From Oculina patagonica (lineage: Eukaryota): a DNA stretch of 64,000 bases. The notes beneath the pieces are model-generated. The model did not search any database, was not told where the DNA came from, and saw only the letters and a list, made by a program, of their open reading frames with translations. The stretch is taken from positions 17,174,001 through 17,238,000 of the forward strand of contig NC_135768.1 of the NCBI RefSeq assembly GCF_052425735.1, read 5' to 3'. The translations under genes were made by a program, and so were the position numbers. Positions within the stretch are counted from its first letter, which is position 1. The number at the start of each line of letters is the position of its first letter. Positions 35,221 to 48,732 of this stretch are shown piece after piece.

Positions 35221-36406
35221 AATTCAAACAATCCGCACATTTTTTCTTGCAAGACTAGATGCACTGTAGTGCGGTCCTCTCGAGTTTTCCGAGGTTAGAA
35301 ATAAGTAGTCCTTGAATCGTGAGATGTAATAACATTTTGAAACGTTTTAGTATATACCATTGCCATTTCTAGAATCACATATTATGCTACTATAATTAGT
35401 CCTTTAGAGAATATTCTAGACCCTGACAGTGTTCCTTAATAAGAGCGAGACTTTTATTCGCATGTGTCTTTTTTATTCAATGTCACACATTCCTTTTTTG
35501 ACTTTTTAAGAAGAAGTGTATTAGAGGTAGCAAAGGAAGCTCACAACAGTTTAGACCTTCCTGTCTTTTTCATTCTATTACAGCAAGCTCGACAGTGCAA
35601 CTGAAAAACATTTACTAAACACCAGTAAAGCATTAATCCATCAATAAACAAAATCAGTTCAAAATGACGTGAGAATTCCTTGCTATGACAACTTAAAAAG
35701 AGGTCAAAATACCCTTTTTGGAATGTTGGAACCTAATAACTTAAAAACTACTCGTTGGAAGTTTTTGTTTTTGATATATTTTTGTCTAATTTCCAAAACA
35801 AACACAAGTTCAGAGCCACCAACCTGTAAAACGTTTCTTTTGCTGATTATACAAAAATATGATATAAACAAAAGTTTTCACCAAGTAGTTAGTTTTTTAA
35901 TTATTTGCCTCACAAGGTTGAAAATATAGTATTATTCATCAAAACTATTGGGTTAGATGCGTTACCGTGCAAAAGACGCAGATGTTTAAACCATAAAGAT
36001 CCAACTTAACATCAAAACTGACGACAAAATAACAAAATTAAAGAGCACAGCAGATTTATGCAATAATATCTGTTTTGCTTTTCCTGTTTTTGTCGCTATT
36101 CTCTCTAAGGGATGCTATGTTAACTTTTCCTCAGAATGCAATTAAAAATGCGGCGGGATAAAACTGTTCTGACTGTTGTTCCATTGTAACAAAAAGTAAT
36201 CAACCACTGGGAAACCAACGCGGATAATCTATCACATTGACCTTTATTACAAAAGCTTTGGAGATTAAAATTAAACAAGATCTAGAGACCAATTCAGATG
36301 AAGCTGATTATTTTTTAGAAACGGACGATTTTGGGACCACAACGAAGATAAAATCGATTTTTCTTTCTGTTTTTTTTTTTAAACTGGGGCTTTTAAAAGA
36401 CGAAGC

Positions 36407-37315
36407 ATGCTAAACAACAACACCTTATTCAGAAATGAATCAGCAAGTTTTGACTTTGAAGAAAATACTCATCTTGAAAATATCGTCATCATATATTGCG
36501 CACTCAATGCACCACTGATGATCACGTCTATTTTTGGCAACGCTCTTGTGATAGCAGCAATTTTGGGAACTCCTTCGCTTTCTTCGCCGTCTTTAACACT
36601 GCTCTGCAATTTGGCTTTCACAGATCTTCTCATTGGGCTTGTTGTGCAACCACTTTTCATTACTAAAGAGCTTACGCACGATCACTTTTTAACATTGTTT
36701 ATCTTTGAGATTACGTCCTACAGTTTATGTGGAGTGTCGCTTTGGACAATGACAGCCATTAGCGCGGATAGATTTGCAGCTCTTCATTATCATATGAGAT
36801 ATGTTTCCATAGTAACTACATCACGTGTTTCGTTTGCGTTAGTAGCAATGTGGCTTATCATGTTTTCCACTTCGAGTGCTCTCTACCTATGGAAAAGACT
36901 GATATATTTTATAGTTTCATCAGTTTTTATCATTCTTTGTCTGTCGACATCCTCATTTTGTTATATTCGAATTTTCCAAATTGTTCGACGACATCAAATA
37001 CAAATCCACGCTCAACAACAGGCAGTGCAAAATTCGGATGCGAGTAATAACTTAAACATAACCCAGTTGAAAAAAAGTGCAATAAACACTTTCGTATTTT
37101 ACACTTTTCTGCTATTATGTTACATTCCGATGTTTATTTCTTTAGCTCTTCTTGGAATGGCAAAAATGGATTGGCAAAAGGAATGGAACTTTGCTACCAC
37201 TTTAGTATTCGCGAACTCTTCCATTAACCCACTTTTGTATTGTTGGCGTCTTAGCGAGCTTCGAAGGGAAGTTGTTAAAAAAGCAAGAAAGATGTTATGT
37301 ACAAAAACAGAGTAA
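36407..37315 (+). CDS. Intronless class A GPCR, 302 aa
   Basis: Close paralog of 34309; DRF, NSSINPLLY. Confidence 0.93.
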   Translation: MLNNNTLFRNESASFDFEENTHLENIVIIYCALNAPLMITSIFGNALVIAAILGTPSLSSPSLTLLCNLAFTDLLIGLVVQPLFITKELTHDHFLTLFIFEITSYSLCGVSLWTMTAISADRFAALHYHMRYVSIVTTSRVSFALVAMWLIMFSTSSALYLWKRLIYFIVSSVFIILCLSTSSFCYIRIFQIVRRHQIQIHAQQQAVQNSDASNNLNITQLKKSAINTFVFYTFLLLCYIPMFISLALLGMAKMDWQKEWNFATTLVFANSSINPLLYCWRLSELRREVVKKARKMLCTKTE

Positions 37316-38567
37316 AATCCAAACAGCCGAACATTTTTTCTTGCAAGACTGGATGCAGTTTAGGTGGCGGTGTTCACGTCTTCTCCGAGTTCAAGGAAAA
37401 GTAGTCACTGACCGGTGACATGTAATGACAGTTTGAAACGTTTTAGTATATGCAATAATTTTGTTCTAGAATCACATTTTATGCTAGCATTTTTAGTCTT
37501 TCAGCGAATATTGTAGACCTTGAAGTGTTTGTGTATAAGAACGAGACTTTCATTCTAATGCGAGGTGTGTAATGTTAAAGAGTCGACGTTGTGGAATAAA
37601 CTAGTTCGTTGCTGTTATCAGCAATCTTGAGTTCTGTCTAAAAAAACCGCCTGCTCAACAACGAGACTCGTAACAGAATATTTCATATAATATAGGTCAA
37701 GCAACTTGTCATATGCGTTAATAGCAGGTTAATTAAATATGTTTCTAATTAATAAAACAAATATTTAAAATAAAATTAACAGCCGCTTCAAATTCTACCA
37801 GATATATTCACCGGAGTCTTGAAATAGAATAGTATTTCATGCCAATTTTTTCACTTTACTATGAAAAAATTCGAGAAATTGCATTATTTTTAATGAACTT
37901 TATTATAGCTAGACAATTTGGCACCTTGGCACCTTGTCATTACAGTCTCATATAACAAGCCAGACTTTCTATTTTAAACAAGTAAATTGACAAAATGGAA
38001 GGCTACGAGCCTCCTGAATTAGATAGTATATTTGTTCAAATATTTTTGACAATTTTTCCAGGTTAGCAGTAAATAGTAGAGGTTTACATCGATTTGAATT
38101 TAATATTTTGCACCACAAACTTATAATTTAAAAATAACGTTACATGGCCCCTTTTGTGTCACCAATGTGAACAACACGACATGAAAACATAACGTTAACA
38201 GAAACAGAATGACAATTTAAGCATAAAGACATAAGGACAAAAAACTGATCTTTTCTTAACGTCGTTATGTCTTCTTCGTTATGTCGCTAGTGTGAACCAG
38301 GCGTTAAACTTCGTAATCCGGACATATAACTAAGACAATTCAATTTCGCAGTAAAGTAATTTTGAATCTTCGTAAATTAGCTTATTAATACAAATTTTAA
38401 TGTCACGTCATCATCAAGACACTCAAAAAGTCTCCCCATTGTTTCTGATTCAATTCAATTGCAGGTGGAAAAACTAACATCTTGTCAATATCAGTATGAT
38501 AGGCTGCAGTGTTAGCAAGTTTAATTATAACAGCCGTGTATTGTTGTGTTTTAAAACATCTTCCCGT

Positions 38568-41500
38568 CACTGTTAATTCAAAAGATCTGTTTTAGCCCCA
38601 AAGTGCCAATTTAGCCCTAATAGGCCAAGGGCTAATTTGGCCCCTTTGAGGGCTATTTTGAAAATTTGGCGCAAAATGGCCCCTGCGAAATCCAATTCGT
38701 CCCCATATAAAACCAATTTAGCCTTCACTGAAAAACAATTCAGCCCTCAAGTCCATTACAGCCCTAGCCATCATAGCTGTTTTGGCCCTAACTATAAGAG
38801 TCACTTCTCTTATAAATCTGAGCTGCCCCAGTTAAAGGGTCAATTTGGCACTGGCCCTGTACTGATTTAGACCTTATCTTTTGGGTCATTTTGAGCATTT
38901 TAATTATGGACAGAGAAAGTCGAATTTTCACATGCTAGGTAGCTGTGGACATCACAATCTTTTAACAATACATTGTATAACAGTGAAAATTACGAAAAAA
39001 GGCATTTTGTCTGTATCATGTTGTTGTGATATCCCGACACAATAAGGCGCGATTTAAAATTTGAGATACAAGCCAAGTTCCAGTCGACTTATAATGCACA
39101 TGTGTACAGATATCAGGGATGGACTCATGATTTTTGAATCGATCCCCCTTTTCAGCCTTTTATTAAAATATGATTGTGTCGAGAAATGTTTTGTTTTCTC
39201 ATGATTTTCTGTTGTTTGATAGATTCCGTTGTTACGATTATGTTTTTCTTTGCGCGCGTTGCGTGCCTTTTTGCGCTGGCCGAGAGGCTCTGGACGGAAC
39301 ATGCGCAATATAAGTTCTTCCCGGCGTCCCCTTCGGTACTTTTGGCGCTTGATTCTGAAAAGCAACGGTTTCGAAGGTCGCTCCTCATCACTGGAGTTAA
39401 TTTTTACGCACGGAAAAGAACGTTTTACTCTCGTAAAGCGCAGTTCTAAGAGCTAAGCAGCTGTATGGAGCCTTCTTGCATCGGCTCTCAGATTTGTACG
39501 CCTTTTTTGACCGTTCTTGTTGACCAAGGTAAGCTCGATTGTGTCCATGTGCTGCCTGAAACGAGTGATTCCTAATCCCAGATTGTCAACTGTGAAGGTA
39601 AGAATTCCTCAAGTTTTGAGATGCTAAATGATATAATAATTATGAAGACACATCTTCGTAAATGAACATGTTAGTGAAGTCGTGAAAAAATGGTTCATTG
39701 TTTCTAGGCTGAAATGAAATTTACATGTTTCACTAACTGATAAATGTACCAGGGTCACTAGGAAGAACAGTTTTACTGATTATGTGCCTTGTGTAAATAA
39801 TAAACCCTAAAGACTAATTGAATATATAGCAGATATCGTATGATCTACATTGAATATGGCTGTTTTTGTTTGCTAAGACATTGCATTGGCTGATACTATA
39901 ATTATTTGGCAGAACTTTTCGTTGGGGTGCAATGCTGCTCTATGGTGTGATTTAGGTTTATGCCAGGGTGGTGTTTAGCTTTATGCTAAGGTATCCTATC
40001 CTGTTAGGTATTGTTAAATCACACTGTTTAGTGCCATGTACCTTGACTATTATTATGGCAATAATTTATATCCTGAGCCCTTTACTTTTGGTGCAGTGCT
40101 GCTTTACATGTTTGGTGTGATTAAGGTTTATGCGAGGTTGGTGTTTAGCTTTATGCTAAGGTGTCCTTCTGTAAAGCATTGATAAATCACACTGAGCTGC
40201 ACTACACTGCACAGTAGCTGCGTGTAAAGGCCTATAACACGTGTATACGTATTTCACCAAGGTCCATAAATATACATGTATGTGCAGTGCAGTTTGATTT
40301 ACCGAACATGTTAAACAAAAAGCATTATTAAATTTTACATTTGTGACATCTGGAGCATCAAAATCCGTTTAAAAATTTTGTTCAATATGGTTTACATGTA
40401 TACAGACAAAATTAAACCGCTTTAGACAAGAAACCTTGATTTGCCATAATTACTGTCTTAATTGAATTTCTCCATTATTTTGTATATTGAAATGTCTTGG
40501 AAATTGAGTGTGAAATGATACAATTGCTCATACTTTTATGTTGTTATTTTCAGACGGAAATTACTGTTGGGATGTCCAAAGGTAAGTAAAATCCTAGATT
40601 TTATCATTTACATTGTATTTTAAAACTACCTGTAACCATTTCTGCCTGGTTCCTTTTATTATATACATGTACATATTTTTTTAAGTTTAATTCTGCACAA
40701 AATAATAATTGTGACATAGTTTAATACAGTTTACTCATTTTTAAAAGTTAAATTGCTTACAATTAATAATCATTAGGTTATTGGGATTCACAACTACTGC
40801 TGTGGTTTGTCAATAACAGCTTTTTGTCAACAATTATTCTAAGCCTTTTTTTGTTTGGAATGGTTATTGTTGTTTTATAGTTTCCTACCTTGTTAGGCAT
40901 TGAAAGTAAATCACAATGTTGACCGCAATATGCCTCCGTGCACTAGCTTGCCTAATTAATGCCAAGTTCTCCAAAATCTTATTCAGCATTAACTGTAGAT
41001 GCAGTGTCCCAATTCCTTCACACATTGGCTTTATGCAAAAGCCCAAAGGGTTAAACTACCTGGTATTTGAATAACAGCCATTTGCATGTAATTCCTTTTT
41101 GTGAGCTAGAGGAAATGTTATTCTGGCATTTGAATGAATGAAGTAGTCATAAATTAATATTCTAAGGTCACGATTGAGAGGTTAACAGGTTTTATGGAAT
41201 GTACAGGTTTATATACATTGTCCTTGTCTAAGCTTGCCTTTATTTTTTTCTTAAAGTGTTTTTTTGAACAGCTTATTTCATTAAGCATGTTTACATGACA
41301 GGTAAAATTGGGCACGGACCCATCAAAAAATTGGTCAGGACCTGACCAGGTCCTGACAAAGGGCCATAGGTGCCTATTGTGATGCTTATAATTATTTTTT
41401 TAATTCCTATTGAAATTCACTGTGGTAGACAATGCAGTTGCATTACACAGTTGCATCCCAGCAAGTCTGAAAAATGGATTTACATGCACAACATGTAGCT

Positions 41501-44248
41501 CAATAATGTTACGTAGATACTGTCAATACATGTACAATTGTAATTTAAATTAATAGCTTTGTTAGACAAAACATGTCTTAAGTCATTTATTGAACTTTTG
41601 TTTTTTCATACAGTGTAAAACCATACAGTACCTTGGTGCGGGAAAGCACGTGAGGACAAATCCTACAGGTCAGTTAATAGGAGGGATAGCTAGAGTAGTC
41701 AGTACAGTCTACTCCTGCCTTGCAGACATCTTGCTATGCTATTATGAAAATGCTGTTGTTACAGATAGGAGTTGAAGTCTCAGAGAATGAGAACAGCAAT
41801 AACCCCTGCTAAGCCTATTGCAGAATTTTGTCATAACAGAGACCAAACTTTGGTCCAAAAGGTGTCCATTATAGTGGAAGTTGACTGTAGTGCATGTACC
41901 TTACTCATTTAAATGTGTGACAACTTAAAGCCACTGTTTAGCTTACAGTGACCGCGGCTGCACTTGGTGAGTTAACCGGGTTACTCCAATAAATTAATCA
42001 ATTAAAGTTAACTGGGTTATCAAAACTGTCTGATGCGGTTGCATATTTGAAGAGTTGACCGACCCTCAACCAAGTTAGTGGTTCCCATGGAAATTAATTA
42101 AAGAACAATGGATTTTTTAACCCGGTTAGGTTAATTCTAAACTACCTTTCTGGGTAGTTTTAACCAGGTTAGCGGTTTCTTATTAGATTCAACTATTGTT
42201 TTTCTCATCAATCATCACCATGTGAGATGAGATTTCGTTTTCTGTCACACGCAAACATGGCATCTGGACACAATTCATGGCTTAATTCTATAATTTCCCT
42301 CACTACTAGAGAACTCGAGAACTGGGGCAACAATTATTTGGCTCAGTCGGGGCTATCGTGGTATCCTCAGCAAGCTTGGCCTGCAGCTTTGCTATAACAG
42401 GCAAGTTTGCACGGTTCATTCACGCCTTGAAACACCACATTCCCCTCACTCATCAGAGGGTGGAGAAAGTTCAACCTGTTCAACATTTACTTCTGAACAC
42501 CCTGGACAAATTATTGTAGTGGAGGAAATTGAAATAAATCTCAAAAGCAGAAAAAGAATCGGGCATATAATAACTAACATGATTAAGATAGCCAGCCATT
42601 TCACTTATTTACAAGTAGCTAAATCATGACAACACTTCAGTCTTGTCTGATCTTAATGTGGCCTCTAAAAAAGTTTAACCGAGTTAGTAATCATAACCAT
42701 ACTTTAACCGAGTTAAGTTTTGTGGAAATTTTTAACCGGGTTTCTAAAAAATTAACCCAGTCAACTCTCTAAGTGCGGCCGCAGCCAATAATTTCAAAAT
42801 AAGCTCAATTTGTAGATGTACAGTGTACAGGTTCTTTTTTTTTTTTGGTATTTTTTTGATACAATGTATCTGCATTGCTAAAACTGAGACATTGCCAGTA
42901 TCTATATCTGGTAATGTCTATTTATTTGTGCACTTGGGGGGAGAGACCCTGGGAACAAGGTTGGCCCCCCTCTCAGATACTGTATGCCCCTAATCCATCT
43001 TGCATTTTTTTCGTGGTTAGCTTTAACTCGGGTTTGCTTGCAGTTATGTTACATGAAGCTTCCACTCTGGTTTGCTTGCGGTTATTTTTATTTGCTGGTT
43101 GGGGCAGTACTTCATATATAATTTACTACATTATATAGTTTAAAAATACTTGAATATCATAACAACAAGGACTTACATGTACAGTTTGACTTTATCTTGT
43201 TAGTAAGTTAACTTGTTATTACATGTACTTTAGCGGTTTACATTTTAGTTTAATTTGGTCAACTGTATGTAGTAGGGGGACTTATCTCTTGTTTTTTTTT
43301 TTTCTGCAGAGAGCTGCTTCAGTTGATGATGACCTTGCCATTTTTGTGCAACCACAAATTGTTGCGATTGGAAGTTTTGACTTCGACAAATACTTTGTTG
43401 TGTGCAAAGGAGTGGTGTTGTACAGTATTCTATACCAGAGCATTGTGTGATTAGAGCTTAAGCATATAAAAACAATATTGCATTTTTACAAAGAAACATA
43501 TAGCATGCTGGCAGTAAGTAAAACCTTTCGCCAACTGTAATATCATGTAATAAAAAGCACAAAGCTGCGATGATTGTGTGCAAGTAAAATACCACAATGA
43601 CTCCTAAAAAATCATGTTACAATAACATTCACATGTATCTTGAAGACCTGTGCTAAGTACATGAGTGGTCACTGCAATTTATTAGACAGGAAAATAAAAA
43701 CTTTAGGACTGATTTGGTCACAAAAAGTGTGCTATTTTTGTCCCTAGCTATCGTTGGAATTGGCTACTGTAAGGGTTATTATGAGGACTGTAGTGGTCAT
43801 TATGACAGTCACATAGCAAGCAGATAACCATTGACTCTGATAACAAGTGCCATTGCAGCTATCCTGGTGTTGATTAAGTTCTGACGGGTAGATGTGTTTA
43901 AGCTAAGCATGAGCCAAAACTACTACAAAATGAGTGCCATTATTACTGCTTTAAGAGGGTTAGAAACGGCTCCTATGAGGGCTATTTAAGAATAGCAGTA
44001 TTCGTTTCGGCCCCTTAGTTAGGGCCAATTCAGATCTTTTAAAATCCAAAATAGCACCACAGTTTTCCAAAATGGCCCTTCTTTTGGGTCATTTGAACTC
44101 CCCAAAAAGGGCCGCTTCAGCCCTTTGTAATTGGGCCAAAAAAGCTCTGTTACAAAAGGGCTAAAAGAGCCCTAAAAAAGGTACCGTATTTTACTCACCG
44201 TTTCGGCCCCATTTTTGGGGCCAAAACAGATCTTTTGAATTAACAGTG
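38568..44248. mobile_element. 5.7-kb CACTA/EnSpm-type non-autonomous element
   Basis: TIR CACTGTTAATTCAAAAGATCTGTTTT / AAAACAGATCTTTTGAATTAACAGTG; 2-bp TSD GT; many subterminal GCCC/GGGC motifs; no transposase ORF visible. Confidence 0.85.
41950..42786. mobile_element. Harbinger-like MITE nested in the CACTA element
   Basis: Imperfect TIR GACCGCGGCTGCACTT / AAGTGCGGCCGCAGCC with repeated AACCG(G/A)GTT motifs. Confidence 0.65.
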
Positions 44249-44372
44249 GTGGCACTGGAACAAAACACTTTAAAACTACTGAAGTTATATACATGCTAGA
44301 CTGAATCTGAAAATCCGGCATACAAAATCAAATGTAAACATTTCACAAGCTTTGAATGGTGACAACAATTAG

Positions 44373-45332
44373 ATGACAAATTCATCAGTTTTAAGTTCTA
44401 CTTTGGTAAAATCTGTCGTGATGGTAAACCATACATTTCCACTTTGGGTTGAATCGGCAGATGATCGAAATTTTGACAACGAAGAAACGGCAACTCGTGT
44501 TACTACTATCGTCGTTGTTAACTGTGCACTGAATGTTCCACTGATGCTAATATCGATTTTTGGAAACGCAATGGTGTTAGCCGCGGTTGCCACAACGTCT
44601 TCGCTTCGTTCGCCGTCCTTAATCCTCCTGTGTGGTCTCGCTGTTTCAGATTTGGTTGTGGGTTTGGTCGTTCAGCCAATTTACATCGCCAAAGAGCTTA
44701 CATCGGATATTATTCTCCTGGGAGTAACCAGAACGATGGGATTTTCTTTTTGTGGGATTTCTTTCGCGACAATGGCAGCAATAAGTGTCGATCGTTTTTT
44801 GGCACTTCGATATCCAATGACGTATTACATGTTTGTTACTACAAGGCGTGTTAAATTAATCTTGATAATAATTTGGGTAACTCATATCCTGTTGCTGTCT
44901 AGTTTTCACTTTTGGTATCGACTGGCAAATTTTTATATTAGTATTGTCTTAATATTCGTTTATATTATAGCGTCCACTATTTCTTACATTGGCATATATC
45001 GAATCGTTCGTCGCCATCAATTGCAGATAATCGCTCAACAACAGGCAGTGGAAGTGACAACTGATGAAAATTCGTATAACCTTGTATCATTAAGCCGAAC
45101 TGCAGTAAACACTTTCGTGTTTTACATCTGCACAATTTTTTGTTATTTTCCATGGCTGATTTACAGGATTTTTTACAGCCATATCTACGTCACAAATCCG
45201 AACACAGCTTGGGTTTTTACAGCAACTTTGCTGTTTGCTAATTCTGCCATTAACCCTTTTTTATACTGCTGGCGTTTGCGTGAACTTCGGGTAGCTGTTT
45301 TGAAGACAGTAAGAAAATTGTCATGTAAATGA
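44373..45332 (+). CDS. Intronless class A GPCR, 319 aa (divergent member)
   Basis: LAVSD, VDRFLALRYP, CYFPW, NSAINPFLYCWRLREL. Confidence 0.93.
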   Translation: MTNSSVLSSTLVKSVVMVNHTFPLWVESADDRNFDNEETATRVTTIVVVNCALNVPLMLISIFGNAMVLAAVATTSSLRSPSLILLCGLAVSDLVVGLVVQPIYIAKELTSDIILLGVTRTMGFSFCGISFATMAAISVDRFLALRYPMTYYMFVTTRRVKLILIIIWVTHILLLSSFHFWYRLANFYISIVLIFVYIIASTISYIGIYRIVRRHQLQIIAQQQAVEVTTDENSYNLVSLSRTAVNTFVFYICTIFCYFPWLIYRIFYSHIYVTNPNTAWVFTATLLFANSAINPFLYCWRLRELRVAVLKTVRKLSCK

Positions 45333-46718
45333 GACAACTGAAATGGCAAAAGGATTGACTATTAGCAAAGACAGGTTTTATTTGCTATTACTCCTGAAGA
45401 TAACTTATTTAGTCGACAACGCCAACTCTTTCTCTGTTAAAGTTTTTTAACCTTTTCAAATATTGTAAATAGTTTTTAAACCTCAAGCGAATATTATGAA
45501 CACAGAAGCTCCATCCAATACGAAAATTTGACAACTACGTATTTTTTTTTCCGATGTTTTCGTGTTTGATGAATAATGTATAATATATTTTTGTCTAACT
45601 TAAACGTAATATTGATTTAAAATCTGAGAGCCTAAGGCATTTTATGAAGTTAAAGTTAATGTAAATTTTTTTCTGTTCAGTGAGAACCACGCAGTATTAC
45701 ACTGGTAGTTCTAGTCAATGTTTCTATTTATTTTAAGGAGCATTTGCTTGACAGCTATAGAATTAACGTCCAACGATTCGGAGTTTTACATTTTAAAAAT
45801 ATTAAAAAGGTGATAATTTAATATGGTCTGATTGCTTTTGTGAACATATTTATTTACATAGATGTTCACGCAAAATGCATGTGCATATGATTTTCATTTG
45901 TTCGCTTTCACTATTCTTTTCTTTACTGAAACAGAGGTAAGGATCTGCTGACAAGAGGGTGATCAAAAGAAAGGTGAATTCTACTGTTGTAATAAGAGAA
46001 CATTTAGAGATATAGTTAATAAGTAAAACTGCGACGTTTCGAAGACATCTTGACCCCATTATCAAGTTAAAATGACGGCTGTGGTTTCGAATTTAGTATA
46101 TTCAAAAAACTCTGACATCTTTCTGTGTTTTTAAAAAAAATGAAACTACAACCGTCACTTTTACTTTAGAACGAACTCAAGAAGGCTTCGAAGTTTAATT
46201 TCGCTCATTCGCTCATTTCCATTAGTAATTTTACTGTAAACAAAACATTGGAGTGAAGGCGTTCAAACTCTTCAACGGTAGATAAATAAAAAATCAGTTC
46301 GAGTAGACACAAATAATTTGCATAAACCTTAGTTCTGTTTGGTGCGTTAAGATGATTTGGAAAATATAAGCAAGTCGGAAAAACGATATTGATGGGAGGT
46401 CTATGTATGATATGGTCTTTTCTTACTGAAAAGGGACGAGAAAAAAAAGGATCTCTTGGATAGAGCGCTTCTTCTCACTCTGGCCAATCACAATGGGCAC
46501 AGACGATCCAGGACACCAATCAAAACTCGAAGAAAATACATGCAGCCGACGCGCAGCGCGGGAAAACGTGTGTAAGCGAGTTACGGGTGGTTTCGGTTTT
46601 ATCTCTGATTGGTTGAGAAAGTGGCGCGAGCTTTTTAAAACCAATCACAAAACAAATTAAAGCAAAACCAATGCGATTCAGGATTACTTTCGACATTCAA
46701 TTGAAAGCCGCTCTATAC

Positions 46719-47563
46719 CGCAGGGAGCCCAGGCTCACGCTTTGACAGCTCTGTCAAAAAGGTGGCGTCAAAATTATAAGGGTTTGTATGAAACTTTATA
46801 GGAAAAAATTTCATCGAAAGAAAATATAATAAACCACTAGTAATGTTCCTATTTCACATCATATGTTGTCTATGTGACGTTTCTTGACTGTTCTAAAGCA
46901 TTTAAACCCTATTTAACCGATATTTTTAATTTAGTTTACTCTTACCTAAATTAATTCAAGGGTGAACACTTCTGACGCTAGATAAACACCGCTGTTTGAT
47001 AAAAACAAGCCAAAAATTGCCTTTAATTTGATCCACTCATTCCAAAACTTGGTATGGCATAGTTCGAAGACCATTCTATTACTGCAGTAAATTTTTGATT
47101 CGCCTGCCTCTCTCCGCGATTTAAGAATACGGGAAAAATAACCATGGTCTGCAAACTTTTAGCTTTCTCCAACACCTTGAACCAGAGAGAGTGGACGCAT
47201 TTTTAATTAGCCTTGCCTTTCACGTGCAGCCACACGCTATGATTGGGCGATAGTTGCCAGGGCAATTTTAGCTTGTTTTTATCGAACAGTGGTGTTTTTC
47301 TAGCGACAGAAGTGTTCACCCTTGAATAAATTTAGGTAAGAGTAAACTAAAATTAAAAATACCGGTTAAATAGGGTTTAAATGCTTTAGAACAGTCAAGA
47401 AACGTCACATAGACAACATATGATATGAAATGTGAACATTACTAACGGTTTATTATATTTTCGTTCGATAAAACTTTTTCCTATAAAGTTTCATACAAAC
47501 CCTTATAATTTTGACACCGCCATTTTGACCGAGTTGTCAAAGCGTGAGCCTGGGCGCCCCGTG
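46719..47563. mobile_element. Long-TIR (~300-bp arms) MITE
   Basis: 46723-47010 is the near reverse complement of 47272-47560; flanked by TCTATAC (46712-46718, 47564-47570). Confidence 0.85.
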
Positions 47564-48589
47564 TCTATACATGTAATTTTTACTTCACTGCGGTCAAACG
47601 TCTCAGGCAGCTTTTCTTTCCATTTCGGCATTTTTTTTCGTATTGAAGTGTTAGTATGAGCAAGGATAGATTGATTAAACTGTGAAAATTAAAACCTTAT
47701 CTTTGCAGTACTTTTATTATTTTTTGCATATTTCTGTCGTTTGACCGCGGTCGAAATTTTTACGGTCCTGTCTATTGTCGCTGTCGAGTTCGCCCAGATT
47801 ACTTGCTTCGCACGGGTATTGAGCGCGGTAATCAATATTGAATACCAGGTTAAGTCGTAAAGGTATTTCGACTGGTCTACTTTAAAATTCTAAAGGAAAT
47901 ATTAAATATTTCAATTTTTTGACCAGGAGTAATGAATACTGGTCAAAGGAAACATGAATAATTTTCGAAGCAAATTTGAAAAATAGTGACAGCCATCAAT
48001 GATAACGTCACATCTGGCTATTTTGTTGACAGGGCCACATACTAATATTCTCTCTGTTTGCACTGTGCTGTATTTTATGTTTGTATATCGTGCTTTCAAA
48101 CAAGAACGATTTTTTTGTTACTATCTGCTATGGTTCTTTGGTTCATTAAAAGTCAACGAAAGTAATGTTTCCCACTATGAGGCAAAGACAACTTTGTTCA
48201 AATTAATTTAGGCCTGAAATCGCCCTAAGACAACCCCTTAACTTACCGACTGTTTTATCAGTCAAATTAATGTTTTTTGTTAGCCCGTGGAATAACGAAA
48301 ATAAAACTCTTAAAACGACTGATTAACTCTATCGGAACTGTAAGAAAGTGCGTGTTAGAAGTCGTGTTTCCATAATCCCAGCTGTATATACACAGACCAC
48401 TGCGCGAGCTGCTGAAGAGCATATGAGAATTTATAGTTTGATAATCGCAAATAAAGAACAGAAAGCACTTTATTTTTTCGTATCTCTATTCAGTTCATGA
48501 AACTGGGAGAATTCTAAAAAGCTGTGGAAACACTTAACTGCAGCTTTTGACAGCATCTATGCTTCTCCAAACTTACAAACGCCACAGCG

Positions 48590-48732
48590 TACACTAATGA
48601 GTTATGGATGCACACGGAAGGTTGCTAAGCACCAAAGAAGCGTAAGAGTCGCCCGAGGCGATAGCCGAGTGCGACTCTAGCTTCTTCAGTGCTTAGCAAA
48701 CCTCCCAAGTGCATCCATAACTCAATAGTGTA
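48590..48732. repeat. Fold-back interspersed repeat
   Basis: GAGTTATGGATGCAC..TTGCTAAGCAC / GTGCTTAGCAA..GTGCATCCATAACTC. Confidence 0.8.

Noticed and set aside
39054-39456. Overlapping short ORFs near the left end of the CACTA element
   Set aside because: GC-richer promoter-like stretch with no recognisable protein motif.
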